Shown here one piece after another: positions 24,486-38,950 of a stretch of DNA of 64,000 bases. Position 1 is the stretch's first letter. Each line of letters opens with the position of its first letter. The position numbers and the translations under genes are program-made. This stretch comes from Azolla caroliniana. Lineage: Eukaryota > Plantae > Polypodiophyta. The stretch spans positions 3,906,001-3,970,000 of the forward strand of contig JBHGNT010000017.1 in assembly GCA_043228905.1 (NCBI GenBank), written 5' to 3'. Under the pieces are notes generated by a model. That model ran no database searches and was not told where the DNA came from. It saw only the letters and a program-made list of their open reading frames with translations.

Positions 24486-26363
24486 GTGTGTGTGGTGTCG
24501 TCTCCTATTTCCACGTAGCCGGGTTGATTGGATGTGCGCAAGTCACTAAACCACTCTCGTGGGATATCATGTGATTTGAGTCGAAGAACCATACTTCTTC
24601 TAATGGAGATGTGCTAGCCGAACCAGATGTTGACATAGTGTTCGCTTTGTGCCTCATGACGAACATGCCTTCGTAGTCTTTGAATTCAGAGTTAGTGGTG
24701 TAGTTGATGACTTCCTGACTTGTAGAAGCCGAATCACTTCTCTTTTTTCTACACTCCTCTTCGCGGTGGTCGTTCTTACCACAGTAATTGAAAGTAACAT
24801 GCTTGATGTGCTGACTATGTTCATGAAAACTCCCCCTTCTACCAAAGGTTCATCGAGTATTTCCGTTTGCTTGCCGAAGGGTCGAGTTACTTTCATGATA
24901 CCAGCCGACCTCTTCCGCCTCAACCACGTCCTCGACCACCTTCCGAATTTGAAAAGAACATTTGCCCCTCCAATGTCTTGCTCTTTGTTCTCACATGATT
25001 CTCTTCGAACAATAACATGGATTGAAGGTCGAAGAATGAGGGAGGGTTCTCCCTCGCTAAAATTGTCGTCCTTATTGGATCGAACCGTTGTGCGAGGCCA
25101 CCCAAGTACACTTGCACCATCTCATCTACTTCTATGTTTATATTGATGGAGCTGAGTGAGTCACATATATTCTTGATTTTGCTCGTGTAGTTCGACACAG
25201 TAATGTCTTTTTGTTGGATGTTGTTCAACTCTTGTCGGAGTTGAAGCTTACGAGCGGTCGTGTTTGCAACGAAGATTCGTCTCAAATTCTGCCACGCTTC
25301 TTTAAGCGTCTTCGCATCACGAATGTGATAGGGTATGTGATCATGGACACATGTTGCCAAATAGTACATCACCCAACTCACCCCTTGCTCCCATGTTGGG
25401 TAGTTGGCGTTTGTGATGTCGGGTTTGTCTTCGAGCATTTCGTCGATGTAGCTCCAATACCCTTGGCTAACTAAGTATTAGTTCATCTTGTACTCCCAAG
25501 ATGAGAAATTACTCCGGTCTAGCTTTTCGCTAGGGAGCAAGTTGCCCATTTGTGCATTCATGTTGGTGTAGTGTCTTCCTTTGGCTTTTCTTCCCTCGGT
25601 CACGTACTCGTGCAACATAGCAGCACTACGATAGTGGATAGCCGGATTTGTTGTCAGCATGTCGAACACACGGTCACTATTAATCAGGTTGGCTAAGTGG
25701 ATATGCTAAACCACGCGCTCTGATACCATGTTAATAATTAAAAGATTAACTAAGAGTTAATTAGTATCTAATTATGTGAGTATTTAATCACGTGTGTGAT
25801 TAAGTTGCAGAGGATTATGTGATGTGTGTGTGAGAGGAAGAGAGAGAGGAAGTTTTTCTTATCAATAGTAAATGGGGGGTGATTAACGAGTGTAGCACAA
25901 AGAACTCTTGCTTGTATTAAAAACATGTCATCAAGTTACAAAAATGCCCACATGAAGTATATAAACATCTCATGTGCAAGGATGCACATGTGTGAGGAGA
26001 ATATAAGTACAAGGGTGTAAGTCCTTCATTAAGTCCTACATTAAATGAACTCGATAGTGGGGAATCTAGAGATCTCCCACTTAAATACTAGGAACAAATA
26101 CTTTATTGTCAACATTCAAAATAGATTCTATTTATGTGACTACTAAGCTACATGGTTGACTAAACGACTAAACTTAATTGAGCTTGATACCTCAACAACA
26201 TGAAAAAAAATACTTGAAAGGTTATGAACAAAAGTCAACACGAATGTTCCTATTGAATGTTGACCTCTACATAATGGTTCCACGGGACAAACATGGATGG
26301 ATGAGTTTTGGTGTGTAAATAATCAACTATGTGATTATGTGCTACGTAATTAGATTTGAAGTG

Positions 26364-26685
26364 TGGATGTGTATTAGAGAAGAAGGAATAGGCAAACAAG
26401 ATAGAAAGAAAAAACAGAAAACTGTATATTCACAAGAATGATAACCAACACTAACAAAGGAGAGGAGAAGGTGCTTATATGGTACCCTCTCTCTATATTC
26501 TCTTACTAAAGTCTAAAACTACCTCTCATGAAAGGGGGAAACCTTAATTACCGCGATAACTATATGTCATAGAAGGTAAGTCCTATGACACATTGTTATG
26601 TTACATAGAGGTGGCGTGTTCAAACACTTCACATATTCTCAGGGTGTGTTCCCACACTAGGTTAAGTTGAGTTTGATTCTTTACA
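26364..26685 (-). mobile_element. Putative old Copia-type solo LTR
   Basis: The right end reverse-complements to tgtaaagaatcaaactcaac, similar to the D LTR start. Possible TSD AAGTG/TAGTG; the left boundary is uncertain. Confidence 0.4.
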
Positions 26686-28400
26686 TAGTGGTTGTCTATA
26701 TTGAAAATTTAAAGGATCTTTAAGAGAACGCCCTCAAAGGTACATTTTCAGCTTTTTGATTGTGCCAATATTGTCTTAGGAAGCGAATATCATGCCGACT
26801 AATATTAATCAATAATTATGGTTACGCTTATTGTTAGTAAATGGATTAAAAAACAATTGTCAACCTCTTACGATTAATCAATGAGAGGAAAAATAGAAAA
26901 CGAACACTAGGGCCTACAACTCATGATTTATTTGTGATTAGATGTGGGAAAAGGAGCATATTATGCATATGAGAACACATGCAATGGTGGAAAAATAAAT
27001 GTTGGGTTCTTAGGAAATACCTTTCTAATACTTTGGTGTCTTCAGTTTGTTGTGAAGTTATGCATGTGTGTATGCTACTTGAGCAAGACCGTTGGGGACT
27101 TGAACCAAGCAAGATGGCTTTGTCGAGGAAGGGTTACATATGAGTGTGTTTGGATGACTTCTCTCCCTTCTTGATTGGCGCAGATACACTATTGAGTGCT
27201 CTCCCTATGCACGAGTGAAAATCCTTGTAGTTTGCTCTTTAATAGTCAACTTGGTGATTATGTGTGTATGTATATACATGAATACTTATGTGAACAAGTG
27301 TAAAGCATATGTATGAATTATAAATGTAACTATATACGTGTTTGTTTACTTGTATGTGTATGTGTATTGAATTACGTAAGTAAGCGTTTACTATGAAAAC
27401 TAGTTCATACAACCTCTGAGTCAACCCCCTAGCGACCACCAACATTGTAAAAATTTGATTACCTCGTCACCATAAGACACACCTTTCGCCTAGCTTAAAG
27501 TCACTACGACCGACTGCCATAGTTGCCTAATTGGACGTTATAGTTCACATTGTAGCCCTACAACCAACACACTTTCAACTGCAACGTTTATTAGTAAAAT
27601 TCTTGAGCATCGAGAGTTAGTACTCAATTCCACACATGTTTTGTAAAAATGTTTCAATTTTTTAGCTTTGAGGACAATGATTAAATATATTTTCTCACAC
27701 AAGCCGATAAACTTTTAAGGTCATACAAATTGAATTGCATCTCTCAAAATCCTCCCACAATCAATATGTGCACTCTCGATTGCTTGCAATGTTAATTAGT
27801 AAAATTGCTAGATATTGAAAATTACTAGTTTATTGCACTTAGACTATATAAAAATGTTTCATCTTCTGTGACAAAGGTCATGTTTACTCTGAAGACAATA
27901 ACAAAATCTATCCATTCAACTCTCAATACAATTATCGAGATGGAATTAGAAACCACTAAACGAGAGGGTTTTAAAGGCATGAATTTAAACGACAATCCAA
28001 ACGATTTGCATCCTTTCAAATGGAATGGTATTGTTTTCAATCCATTGATTGATTAAGGATACAATTCACGAGACTTTGTATTCAATTTATGATATTATTT
28101 TCAATCTTTTGATGGATTTAAGAAAATAGTCATTCCAATTATATATTATTTTCAAACCCATGTAAAGTATATTTCATGTCATTAGATTGAAGATTAACGT
28201 ATTGAAGAGAGGAATAATAGTAAATCTCAATTGCTATAACCCTTGGGTTGAGGAATTGATTTATGCAACAATAATTTTAGGATGAAATTGATGGTAGATA
28301 ATGATTATAAAGTAAATGTCTCAACTTTCAACACTAAAATTCATACTTCTAGGTCCAACCTACCATTTCATGATTAGGACGTAATGATCTCGATGTTAAA

Positions 28401-28837
28401 AGCACTTACGAATGCATAAGTAAGATGTCCAAGTCTCAATATTAACATCATTATAGATGTAAAAGTCTTGGGATTCAAATCACCACCAATGTATGGTTAC
28501 GATTCACAAAGATAAAATCATAAGCTTAAAATCACCATGTCTAGCCATTTATGATGTAATAATAAAACCTATTACATAATGGATGCATCTCCAAAACTTT
28601 TTAATTATTGAGTCAAGACTAGCACTTCCAAATGCATAACTTATAAGTAAGATGTCCAAGTCTCAATATTAAGATCATTATAGATGTAAAAAGTCTTGGG
28701 ATTCAAATCACCACCAATGTATGGTTATGAAGATAAAATCAAAAGATTAAAATCACCATGTCTAGCCATTTATGATGTAATCACCAAAACCTATTACATA
28801 ATGGATGCATCTCCAAATCTTTTTAATTATTGAGTCA
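28401..28837. repeat. Tandem duplication of ~220 bp (28401-28616 / 28621-28837)
   Basis: Two near-identical copies of agcactt...taagtaagatgtccaagtctcaat...ttattgagtca. Confidence 0.9.
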
Positions 28838-29829
28838 TAGAAGTCTTGCATGGTAATTGAACAATTGTAGTGTTTTCTCAAAACAATTTGCCATAGAAAA
28901 GCTTGACCAATGAGATTATTAATAGGGTAACTTCAATCTTTCATCCAAATGACACTTCATGAATTTAACTTAAATAAAATAAAACCATCACATTTCCATC
29001 ATTTCTACTATTGAGGTTGTCAAAGGAAAAGGAACAATGATGAAGAGTTGGTTTTGGTGAAAGAGTCTACTGTGTCAAAGTGGCATGGATATATGATATC
29101 TTGATGCGAGTATTTTTATCTCCACGTTTCAATGAAATAACGCCAATGCCAAGGAGCAACATTCACGAATACAATTGTAAAAAGGTTTCAAGGAATGGTT
29201 CCACAAAATTATCAAATGAATGTTTCGAAAAACATTGGGATCATTAGAAACCAGCAATTCCCACACAAAATTTGTCTTGAGTATTTTATAGTGATCACAC
29301 ACTTCATATGGCTAGCCACTAGATGATGAATTTGCAAACTATTTACACGAATATACAAACTTCCATATACCTAAAAAAGATTCTCTCACATCATGGATTC
29401 ATTTTGAGCATTCCGAGACAATCATGATCTATTTTCGGTCACTTTGACCATTACGAGAAAATCATTACATTTTACAACATTGCATCAATAAAGACAAGTT
29501 CTTACGTGATGTATGTATGTAACATACCACCAACATTTTGAAAATGTAACATATACTTCTCGAAAGCAAAGGTTGCAACAATAAACGGTGAAACTTTAAC
29601 ATAGAACACTATTTATAATGGCATCATTGTACATCATTATAGTACAGACATTATATTGGAGATATGGTAATCATGAAGGAGAATCACATGGGTACTGCTT
29701 GGCTAGATAAGAAAGAGAGATGCATTGGTACCAACTCGTGAGCATAGTTCCAAGATCAATGTTAGATATGTTTTTCATGAATGCATCCAAATATTTGGTC
29801 ACCATGGTGTATCGTGAACTTATGAACCG

Positions 29830-29880
29830 TCATCCACCAATCTCCAATGTAGCAATCTTCTTTGGTTGTTGATGTAGCTC
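29830..29880 (-). CDS. DUF688-family protein, probable terminal exon 3
   Basis: TTATTTATAG| acceptor, then ELHQQPKKIATLEIGG*, which completes the RFSE|EL C-terminal motif seen in this family. Confidence 0.65.
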   Translation of the reverse strand, partial: ELHQQPKKIATLEIGG

Positions 29881-30660
29881 CTATAAATAAAATATACCGA
29901 ATTTAAAAAAAATGAATGTTAAGATTACATGGAAAAGGGTGCGATGAAAGGAGGAATCCTTCCAATACATTCCATAATTTTACAAGGTAATAGAAGATAT
30001 CGCTGAAATAAGGAGATATGTACATCCTTAACCAATAGTTTATTTTCATGTGTATGTATGTATGTAGCCCATGGTATGTATATATACGAATAAAGTCCTT
30101 ATATAATCATGTGCACGAAGGGTTTTATCCTATTGGAATGGTGCAATTTATTATAGATTCCTCCATTCCTCACCAATACAATGCACACAATACACACACA
30201 TCCAAAATATTAAACCTACGATACAAAGCAACGGGCGAAAGTCAAACACTTTGAAGGCATGCTCCTCTTCGTTTGATGTGCTTGTAACTATATCTAGGTA
30301 TGTTCTATAGCCATAGGTCATTCCTTCCTTCCTCAATGCGATTGTTGTGGTCAAGAGAGAACTATGATTGATTTAGACAAGGTAGAACTAGGAGATAGCT
30401 AAGCTATTGAAGTTATGGCCATGAGGTCTTGGGCCCAATACCCACCCAGGGAAGCAAATTAAAGGGACAAACCTAATGTGTCCAAATGCACACATATGTG
30501 GACATACGAAAAACCGAGCCTTTCATAATATGAACACCCGAGGGGGGCCCTTTTCAAGCTGAAGCCAAACCAAAACCGAACCGAACCGAACAAAAATAAG
30601 AGAAAAAAAATGGATGGTCACTCGGATATAACAAAATAGAATTAGGATAGAATAGAACAC

Positions 30661-30968
30661 CTCTGAGAACCTCAAATGTCCGGGCTGCCCCACGTGGGCC
30701 CCCTTCACCATCGCCACCCACGTGGCGTCCATCGGAGCGTCCGATTTGGACGGCTCCGATCCACCCTCGCCAACCCTGCTCCCCCGGCCCAGCCGAGACT
30801 GAATCCCCGCCGTCGATCTGCTGCCGTGGAGCCACGACTGTGTGGGCGATCTCGGCAGCGGCGGACTGCCGATCGATTCCATCCATGCCGCCTTTGGGCT
30901 CATCATCAGATGATTATTCGGACCAAATTTTGTTGCCCCATGGATGCGCCTGTAATTAGTACTGCTCC

Positions 30969-30999
<31 letters not shown>

Positions 31000-31278
31000 A
31001 ATCACCGATCCATCCGATCCGCCGTTACTGCTGCTATACCCATGATCCGTGCTAATCGTTGAGGTACTGGCGCTAATCATCGGCGGACTGCTTAATCTCT
31101 CGTGATTAAGATCCGGATTAATGGACCCCCCTCCGTCATTCGCATCCTTTGCTGCACCACCAATGGCGGGATTCATGACTTCGTCGTTTGCTCGTGGGCT
31201 ATCACTGTATTGACTGCTACAGCAGCTTGAATCAGCGCAGATTCTTGTTACCGAGCCGTTGCTGCAAGCCGAAATGAG
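30661..31278 (-). CDS. DUF688-family protein, exon 2
   Basis: TGCAG| acceptor at 31279, phase 0 and in frame with ORF 30523..31176. Contains SPPLPRSPTQSWL and WVAMVK...HLRFSE; donor GAG|GTGTTC. Confidence 0.85.
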
Positions 31279-31532
31279 CTGCAGATTTATTTGTTTTTAC
31301 AAAATTAGATACGGCAGTAAACCCTAAACGGAAATCGGATACAACTTAGATGCGGCAGATTATTTGTTTACAAATTTCCATTAACAGTTCAGATGGCTTG
31401 CTTACTGATTCATGAGACTAAATTCACACTGATCCTAACCTTGACCTCCTCAGCTCAGGCATCCCTAATTCATCCTAATTAATCTCTAGGAAAGCGAAAG
31501 TAATTAAGACATCATCGTTCCAAACCGCTTAC

Positions 31533-32990
31533 CGATTGGGCCTCCATGTTAATCGTGGAGGAAACAGGCGCTGTTTCCACGTCATATAACAGAAAGTCCC
31601 TCATTCTCATGGTAGAAATCCCCCCACCTTCTGGTCTCAGCTTTAATGGCTTCTCTACCATCTTAGAAGTACTACGGTTAGCGCTCTGATTAGTGCCTGG
31701 CTGCCTGTGGCGCAAGGGGCTGCTAGCGATGGCGCGAGGCGGCGAATGGCAGCTGCTAGGGCTCCTAGCCATGGATTGTCGATGACTCGCAGGCGAACAA
31801 AATGAGGGACCTGCACAGCTGGTCAGCGAGCCTCTGGCACGCATCAGCGTAAACAGTCCACAGGAAGATCGATCGGCGGCGGCACAGTCATCTTCATCGT
31901 CATCAGAGGTAGTTGTGATGGCGGCGGCGGCGGCAGAGTAACGGGCAGAATCGATGGCATTGTCGGCGGCATCGATGATTCGGTTAGCAGCGATGAGATC
32001 TGGTCGCGGAGAGTCACTATCGAGCTCGGCGGTTTTGAGAGGAATCACATCCATGGCGTCGGTGGATATACCGCAGTCCATGGCGTGTAGCGGCGGCGGC
32101 GGCGGCGCCCTGCGCCGCCCGCTTGTGAGGATCTGGGGCGAGCGATGATCGGTACTGCTGGAGCAGGCAAGCGCATGGGCGGCAGGGAGGAAGCGGTGGA
32201 GGAGGAGAAGGTGTCCGGTCTCTGACTGAGGAGGCAGGCGGCCGTCCATGGCGGCGGCGGCGGCGGCAGGGGAGTTCGTGGCGGAGCTGAACGCGGAGGC
32301 GCTCATGTGGTCATCCAGCTCGAAGGCGGAGGTATACGAATCGTGACTGCTGTCGTTGTCATCGGCGCCGCCGGCGGAGGACATGCCAGCGGCGGCGGCG
32401 GCGGCGGCGGACGCTTTCTGCGAGGCGTTCGATGGACGGCCGCCCGGCGGATCAGGAGGCGGGGCCCCTCCACAGTCCAGCCATGGCGTGGGAGAGCCGG
32501 GGCTGCTTCTGGAAGGATCGGAGAAGGAATGGCGGGAGCTGTGGTGGTCATCGCGGAAGAGCTCCCGGAGCGTGACGATGGGCAGGGGAGGAGGAGGAGG
32601 AGATGGAGAGGGAGGTTTCCGTCGGCCGGGAGATTGTTCCCACGCGAAGGGGACGGTGCCGGCCTTTCGGAGGGGCTCTCTGGACAGCTCGGAGCTGAGC
32701 TTGAAGGCGCGCGGCGGCGGCGGAGGAGGAGGAGGATTGGATGGGGCGGTGGCGGCGGCGGAATTGGGAATGGAAGAATGGTTGGGCGTCCGAAGGGACA
32801 TGAAGGGGGCGGTGTAATTGAGGATGGGGGGCGGCGTAGCAGCAGCTTCTTCCGGCGGCGATTTCTGGCGCCGCCGCCGCAGAAGGTGGGCGAGCGGCGT
32901 CGATCGGCTACTGCTGTGGGGGCCAATCGTGGCCGTTGATTCCTCCTCCTCCTCCTCCTCCTCCTGCTCTGCGTCTGCGGCGTCGTCCAT
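31533..32990 (-). CDS. DUF688-family protein, exon 1
   Basis: Start AAAATGG at 32990 (alternative ATG at 33008). Motifs GTVPFAWEQSPG, RFLPAA and CGLF in a Ser/Pro-rich disordered background. Donor TCG|GTAAGC at 31533. Confidence 0.85.
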
Positions 32991-33199
32991 TTTATTATAT
33001 ACATACATATATGTTCCTCAATACAGACATATATTTATTATCCATTCCTTGGTTAGTAGTTATAGAGAGATTTTATGAGAATAATATGCATTAATTATAT
33101 AAATAGCCCCCCTTTGTTTTTGCTTATTTACAGATTTAGCTACCCCCCCCCCCCCCCCATATTTTCTTAGAAGACAGTTAATTTTTCTTTTTCTTTTTA

Positions 33200-33605
33200 T
33201 TTCTTTTCTTTCTCACACTCTCTCGCCCGTTCTTGTCTCTCTGTCTTCTTACACATACACACTTTAAAGGCTTTGATGTATACGCGTACATAATGTGTAC
33301 ATACATACATACATGTGCTTACATCATACTGTATACATACATACATATGTATAATGCATACTGGTACTGTGTACATATTGTAATATTGTATACATACATA
33401 TGTCTGTGTATAGAGAGAGAAAGAGTGTGTGTGTGGGCGTTGCAACTTGCCCCACATTAAATGAGAGAGAGAGACCACCCCATTCACGAGATCATGGTCT
33501 CCTTGTCAAGATTTAACTCCCATCCATCATCACACATGTATGTGCATACATACATACAATACCAACAATCAATATGTCCATCCATCCATCCATCCATCCA
33601 TCCCG
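33200..33605. repeat. Microsatellite-rich upstream region of the DUF688 gene: (TACA)n, (AG)n, (TCCA)n
   Basis: Directly visible simple repeats. Confidence 0.75.
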
Positions 33606-36600
33606 CAGACACAATTATTCCCTTGGCTCTCGCTCACTCGCGTTATCATCGCTCACTTCTGTGTTTGTCTTGCAATGTAATGCAAAAAACACCTCACTAG
33701 ACATACGATGACGAGATGTGCATGTTTATCACCATGGAACTCCAAACTCTACATTTATTATCGCATCTCCCTTCTTTCCACATGCATATCCGGCTTCCAC
33801 ATTCGAATTATTCAAGTTTTACTATATTGGAGTTGGAGTTGACGAGTTTTAATCCACTTGAAAAGCTAACCCATGCCTCATTCGTCATCAATTCTATTTC
33901 CAGATTGTTAAAAAAGAACAAAGTAATGTGAAACTCCTCTCGAGCATCATTAACTATGGATACTCAATATAATCTGCCTCCTTCCACATGCTTTGACTCC
34001 TTTTGTAAGATTCTATCTATGATTAAACTACTTACAAAGTTTGCCGACCATATAATGGTAAAAGGAAAAGAAAGCTCGAAATATAAAGAGTCTTCATGCG
34101 TCGTCATTACTTAGTGGACTTACCTTTTATGATTCCCCCAACACTCTTTGAGAATTCCCTCATGATTCCCTAGAAATGGTTGATAGAGGATCACCATTGC
34201 CCTTATTGTTCTCTTTAATATACTTTCATCATAATCGATTCAATGAACTATTTCTTTACATAACATTGTGCACCTAATATCAACAAGCTTATTTAATTAT
34301 GTAAAACTTACGAGATACATGTTTGAGAGTTATTTGGTTACATAGCACAATGATATACTACTACTTACAAAATATACATTCATGTTAAAAACAATAATAT
34401 TGTTTTAATAGAAGAACTTGTACAACCGTCACCCATCAATGTTCCTTGTCAAGTAATAAGTGTTTTCTCAAGACAACCATGTAGGGTCATTGTACACTTT
34501 TCCGTATTCATGAGTCATGACCACAAAATTTAACTAGCAGCTTCAACCATTGTTTTACCCATGAATGTTACAAAGTGTAATTTATCATTTATTCTCAATG
34601 ATGCCCATGCGTTTCTTGACCTCAAAGTCCAAAGAAGTTTGTTCTTGAGTACATGGATACACTTAATTTAGCACGACCTTAGAGTGCATGAATGAGCTCT
34701 AACATCTTCGCCTATTGAAATTCAATAGCTCCCTCAAGTCTTGATCCATTAATTTGTCCATTCTCTAATCCACTGATCTAAATAATGTGTCTTGCTTTGG
34801 TGCCCAAAATGTATACTTCACACCATTATTAGGCTTATACTCGAGGTTGATATATTAACCGTTATAACAAAAAGAACTCTTCCATCATCTCATGGTGCAA
34901 GATGATGGAGGTTGGAATAATCAAGTATATCCCACATAAATAGCAAGATTTGATTGATGTGCATATGTCCAAGGCCTTCCAAAATGTCATAAAACATGTC
35001 AAAATATTTTGAAAGAGTCAAAAAGACTCAAGGGGGGAAACGTTTACCCATTAACTTTGGACAAGGGGGAAACGTGTCTCTCGAAGACAAAACATAGCAT
35101 ATGTCATAGTAATATCTACAAAAAACAAGTCTCTAGCTTGTAATAATAACTAATCTTGATGATTCTCATGTTAAAAAATAAACAACAAACATTTTATTCT
35201 TTGATAACTCCTAAGCCCTCCACCCCAAATCCCATTAGTGTATAGTTGGATTAAGTCTTTATATTTAATGTATGAAATTCGTAATTTGTTATCTATAAGT
35301 CATTATAATTAGTCGTGTTAATATTGTCTCATTATAAAGTGCAACTTAAATTTTCCTTAGGTAAATTTCTAGAGGCTCATCCAAATACCGTTAGCATTTG
35401 AGAGCATCGTAAATCAATTATTGAGACTTTCCATTTGCCATTTTGTTCAGGCATTTCATATTGAATCTTTCATGAAAAATATACATAATGGCTTATGTTG
35501 ATATTGAAGTCATGTTATACCAACTTCATTACCTACATTGGGGTTTGATGTATAAAGGTGACGAAGTGAATATTCAGAAAATGTGTGACATAGTAAAATG
35601 CTCACATGATACATTTAACTCAAAACTACATAGGACTTTTGATTCGAGGAGTATGTGCTTGTTTTTTGCCCAAAACATTAGGATTTAGGTGCATATGCGA
35701 GAGCATGGTGTCAAGAGCTATACAATCGTTTTGGGAAGGATTAAAGTGCATTAATTAACCAAGAAATCAATTTAGAGATAAAAACAAGCACGAGTCTAAG
35801 AAAGTTCTTTGTTTTTCCACTATCATTACTTGCGTGCAAAAGAAGCTTTTCTAAGATTCATTGATGTTTGCGGTCATCAACGCAACAAAGGGGACCAATT
35901 TTGAAGAGGCAACCTTGAGAAAGAAGAAATGTGTGTGTGTGAGAGAGAATGGTTGAAGATTGGGAATGTATGAAGAATTGGACTGTTGACAACAACACAA
36001 CCTCAACCAATGATATAATGCGTAGAAATTTCATCTTTCTATAACGTTATGTGGGCTCATGTCATGTGGATCATTGAGTAAATGCGACATTTGTTTTTAT
36101 TATAGCAATTCATTAAAAAAGACATAACGTGGATTTATGAAAATGTCATATATTTTTGTTTTTGGACAATTAATGAAAATTTTAGAGTGTCGATTGGGGC
36201 CGAAGTGAGAAATTTAAAATTCCAATAAGGTTTCGACATGTTTTACAAATAGAAGACCTATAAATTTGTAGGCTACAGCCTACATGTCAAATCCTAATGT
36301 TGGGCCCCACAATTGAGTGTGGCAATGACCAAGCGTGATAGTCAAAACAATTTCGTAGCCAAGAGGTTTAGTGTTCCAATCAAGTGTGACAATGTTCTAA
36401 TTCTCTTGAATGATTAATCTCACTATGTTGATGATTACTTTGCACCCTTACACATGGAACAAAGCTTTGGTATACAAACACAATACACCAAGTAACATCC
36501 ATTAAGGTGGGTTATGAAATGAAAGCGTAACAAAATAAGAATATATTTGAATTGTCATGTTCTTGTGTCTAGTGACTTTCCTAAGTAAAATCTTCATTCA

Positions 36601-38287
36601 AACCCTCATCTCTAGACTCCAATCATAACGAAGGGCCACTTGTTTGTCTCACCTCATGACATGCACATGCACGTGAAATTACCTTACCTTTTCTTGAAAT
36701 ACCAATCCCTCCACATGAAGACATAGCTTATGCGTGTTCATTTATTATGCTATGTAGATATGATATTCTGGATTATTCCCTTTATATAATTAAAAGGCAT
36801 ATGCAAATGAGAAAGAGTTTAGAAGAAGAAGAATAAGTCGAACAAAGCCAAAATAATATGCATTGTTGGCTTGTGGGTGTTTGTTCGCGAAATGAAAATT
36901 CACAAAAACTAAATAGAGATCTAAAGGTGAAAATGGTCACATGGACATAGCCCAAAACCCCATGAAATGGCTCACCTCATCACATAATTGTGATTGAGGA
37001 ATCCAACTGAACATAGTGCTTCCCAATGTTCATACGATTGTATGTTCTTGTCACATAGTTGGCATAACCTAATATTAGATGGACCTTTCTCTCGTCTACT
37101 AGTCTTTCCTTTTGACCTAGTGTGAAGATGCACATATTTATCTAACAGTCACATGTAGGCAATGTGTAAGTTTGTGTACCTGTTGCATATCTAGGGTGTA
37201 TGATGAAATGATTAGGGGAGATTTGGAGAAAGTATCTAATGGTAATGTGTCGTCCTAGTAGTATGGGGAATTGGAGGGTCAACAAATGTTCTCATGGTGC
37301 CTTGATATGTCAACTTTTATCTCTTGTTTCACTTCTGACATGTTAAGCCTTTCGTTGGGAGTCGGGACAATCGTAATTGTAGTCCAAGGAGGGCAATTTG
37401 TTTATATGCATGCCATCACAACTTAACAAAGTACAAATTTGAGCATTCCAACAACATGGTGATGTTTGATTCTTGCCAATCATATGAAGTGAGAGAAAGT
37501 ATGAATCAATATCAACTCTCATAGTGTGAAGGGTAATGAAGTATAGATCACACAAATACCACTATAGCATATAGGAGATCAAGTTTTCCATTATTGTCCT
37601 TTTCAATCTTTTGACATTCAGAATAGTATTGATGTATTTCTTTTTTTAAGTGATGGAGTTTCATGTTGTGGAGTGATCATTGATGTACATATACTTTTGC
37701 ATTTAATGGGAATTTACCATGATTATGGATTGGATGGTAAACTACACATAATACAACACTAAGATTTACTTACGTGATTGTCCGAGCTAGGGTGTATATA
37801 GAAAGTGGATGCTACATATCACAAAATTTCTCAACTCCCCCAAGCATGCCTTTTGGTCACCTATATGGTAAACTTATTGTATATGATCAATACTAACAAG
37901 AAACCTTACATGGTATAGTATTGATTGGTGCATATTAAGACACTGCAAATTCATGACAACACAATTGTAAGTCTCCCATGAAAGGTTTGTCTCTCTATAA
38001 ATAAACTATGACTTTATTATTATTAGCTAATGCATGGAATTTGGGTTTCAAACATGACTATCTGCGTTAACACCTTTTATATTTTTATTAATGAATTGCA
38101 TATTATTTGGAGTTATATAGTGTATCATGTTGATTTCTCTCTTTGTGTGTGTTGTTGGCTTGGTCGTCAACAACATAGCATCAAAGTCGTAAATTTGAGA
38201 GAACCAAATTTTGATCCCATAGATTGTAATATTTTGAATTAAACATTCTATATGGCTTCAAGGAATTTGTGGATCCAATTATGACAC

Positions 38288-38332
<45 letters not shown>

Positions 38333-38379
38333 CGAGCGAGCAAATAAATGTAGCTTAGTTGGCAAAGACTACATTCAAC

Positions 38380-38950
38380 CGCCACATAATGCAAATTAGT
38401 GAATTTGATAAGGTTTGAACTAAGTTTCCAACTTAGTCAAGATCATGTAGACAAGTTTGTTTAAAATCATGTCTAAATCATGCACTCAATGTTTACTTTA
38501 TTAATGAAGTTTTGTCATGGGCTCAAGTTCGTTTTAAATCATGTTTTGGACATGCATTCAACCTCTAGTTTATTAATGAAGTTAGTGAGGTGGGCTCGAG
38601 CTTGTTTTAAACTATGCATTCAACCTCTACTTTATTAGGAAAGTAAGGGAAGTTAGTGAGGTGGGCTCGAGCTTGTTTTAAACTATGCATTCAACCTCTA
38701 CTTTTATTAGTGACGTTAGCAAGGTTTGAGCCCAAATAGAGAAGTTAATCATGGTCATTTATACAAGTTCATTTTAACTCACATCTTGGTCGTGCATTCA
38801 ACCACTAAATTGTGAATAGAATCTAATGAATTATATGCATTCAACCTCTAAATTTTCATTCGAACCTAGTAAATTATGCATGCAACCTTTAAATTCCCGA
38901 TGGTTAAAGAAGATAGTGAGGTTTGATGTCATTACTAAGTTAGTGAAGTA
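38380..38950. repeat. Degenerate ~65-70-bp tandem repeat array
   Basis: Recurrent atgcattcaacctcta and gaagttagtgaggt motifs; 38578-38637 is almost identical to 38649-38710. Preceded by (AG)n at 38291-38340. Confidence 0.75.

Larger units (their letters stand above)
5397..26197 (-). mobile_element. Ty1/Copia LTR retrotransposon A (old, degenerate, host of nested insertions)
   Basis: LTRs 5397-5858 and 25729-26197 (TG...CA); TSD ACATG (5392-5396 / 26198-26202); tRNA-iMet PBS 25717-25728; PPT 5859-5870. Gag/PR/IN/RT fragments at 22905-25550, RT at 7487-8130, RNase H at 5971-6519. Confidence 0.95.

Noticed and set aside
32303-33078. Long overlapping and antisense ORFs over DUF688 exon 1
   Set aside because: An expected by-product of very high GC content and trinucleotide repeats; only the 498-aa frame has family motifs.
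37820-37920. LTR-end/PPT-like (ctcaactcccccaagc) and PBS-like (ttacatggtat) remnants
   Set aside because: Too degenerate; no paired LTR or coding sequence could be delimited.
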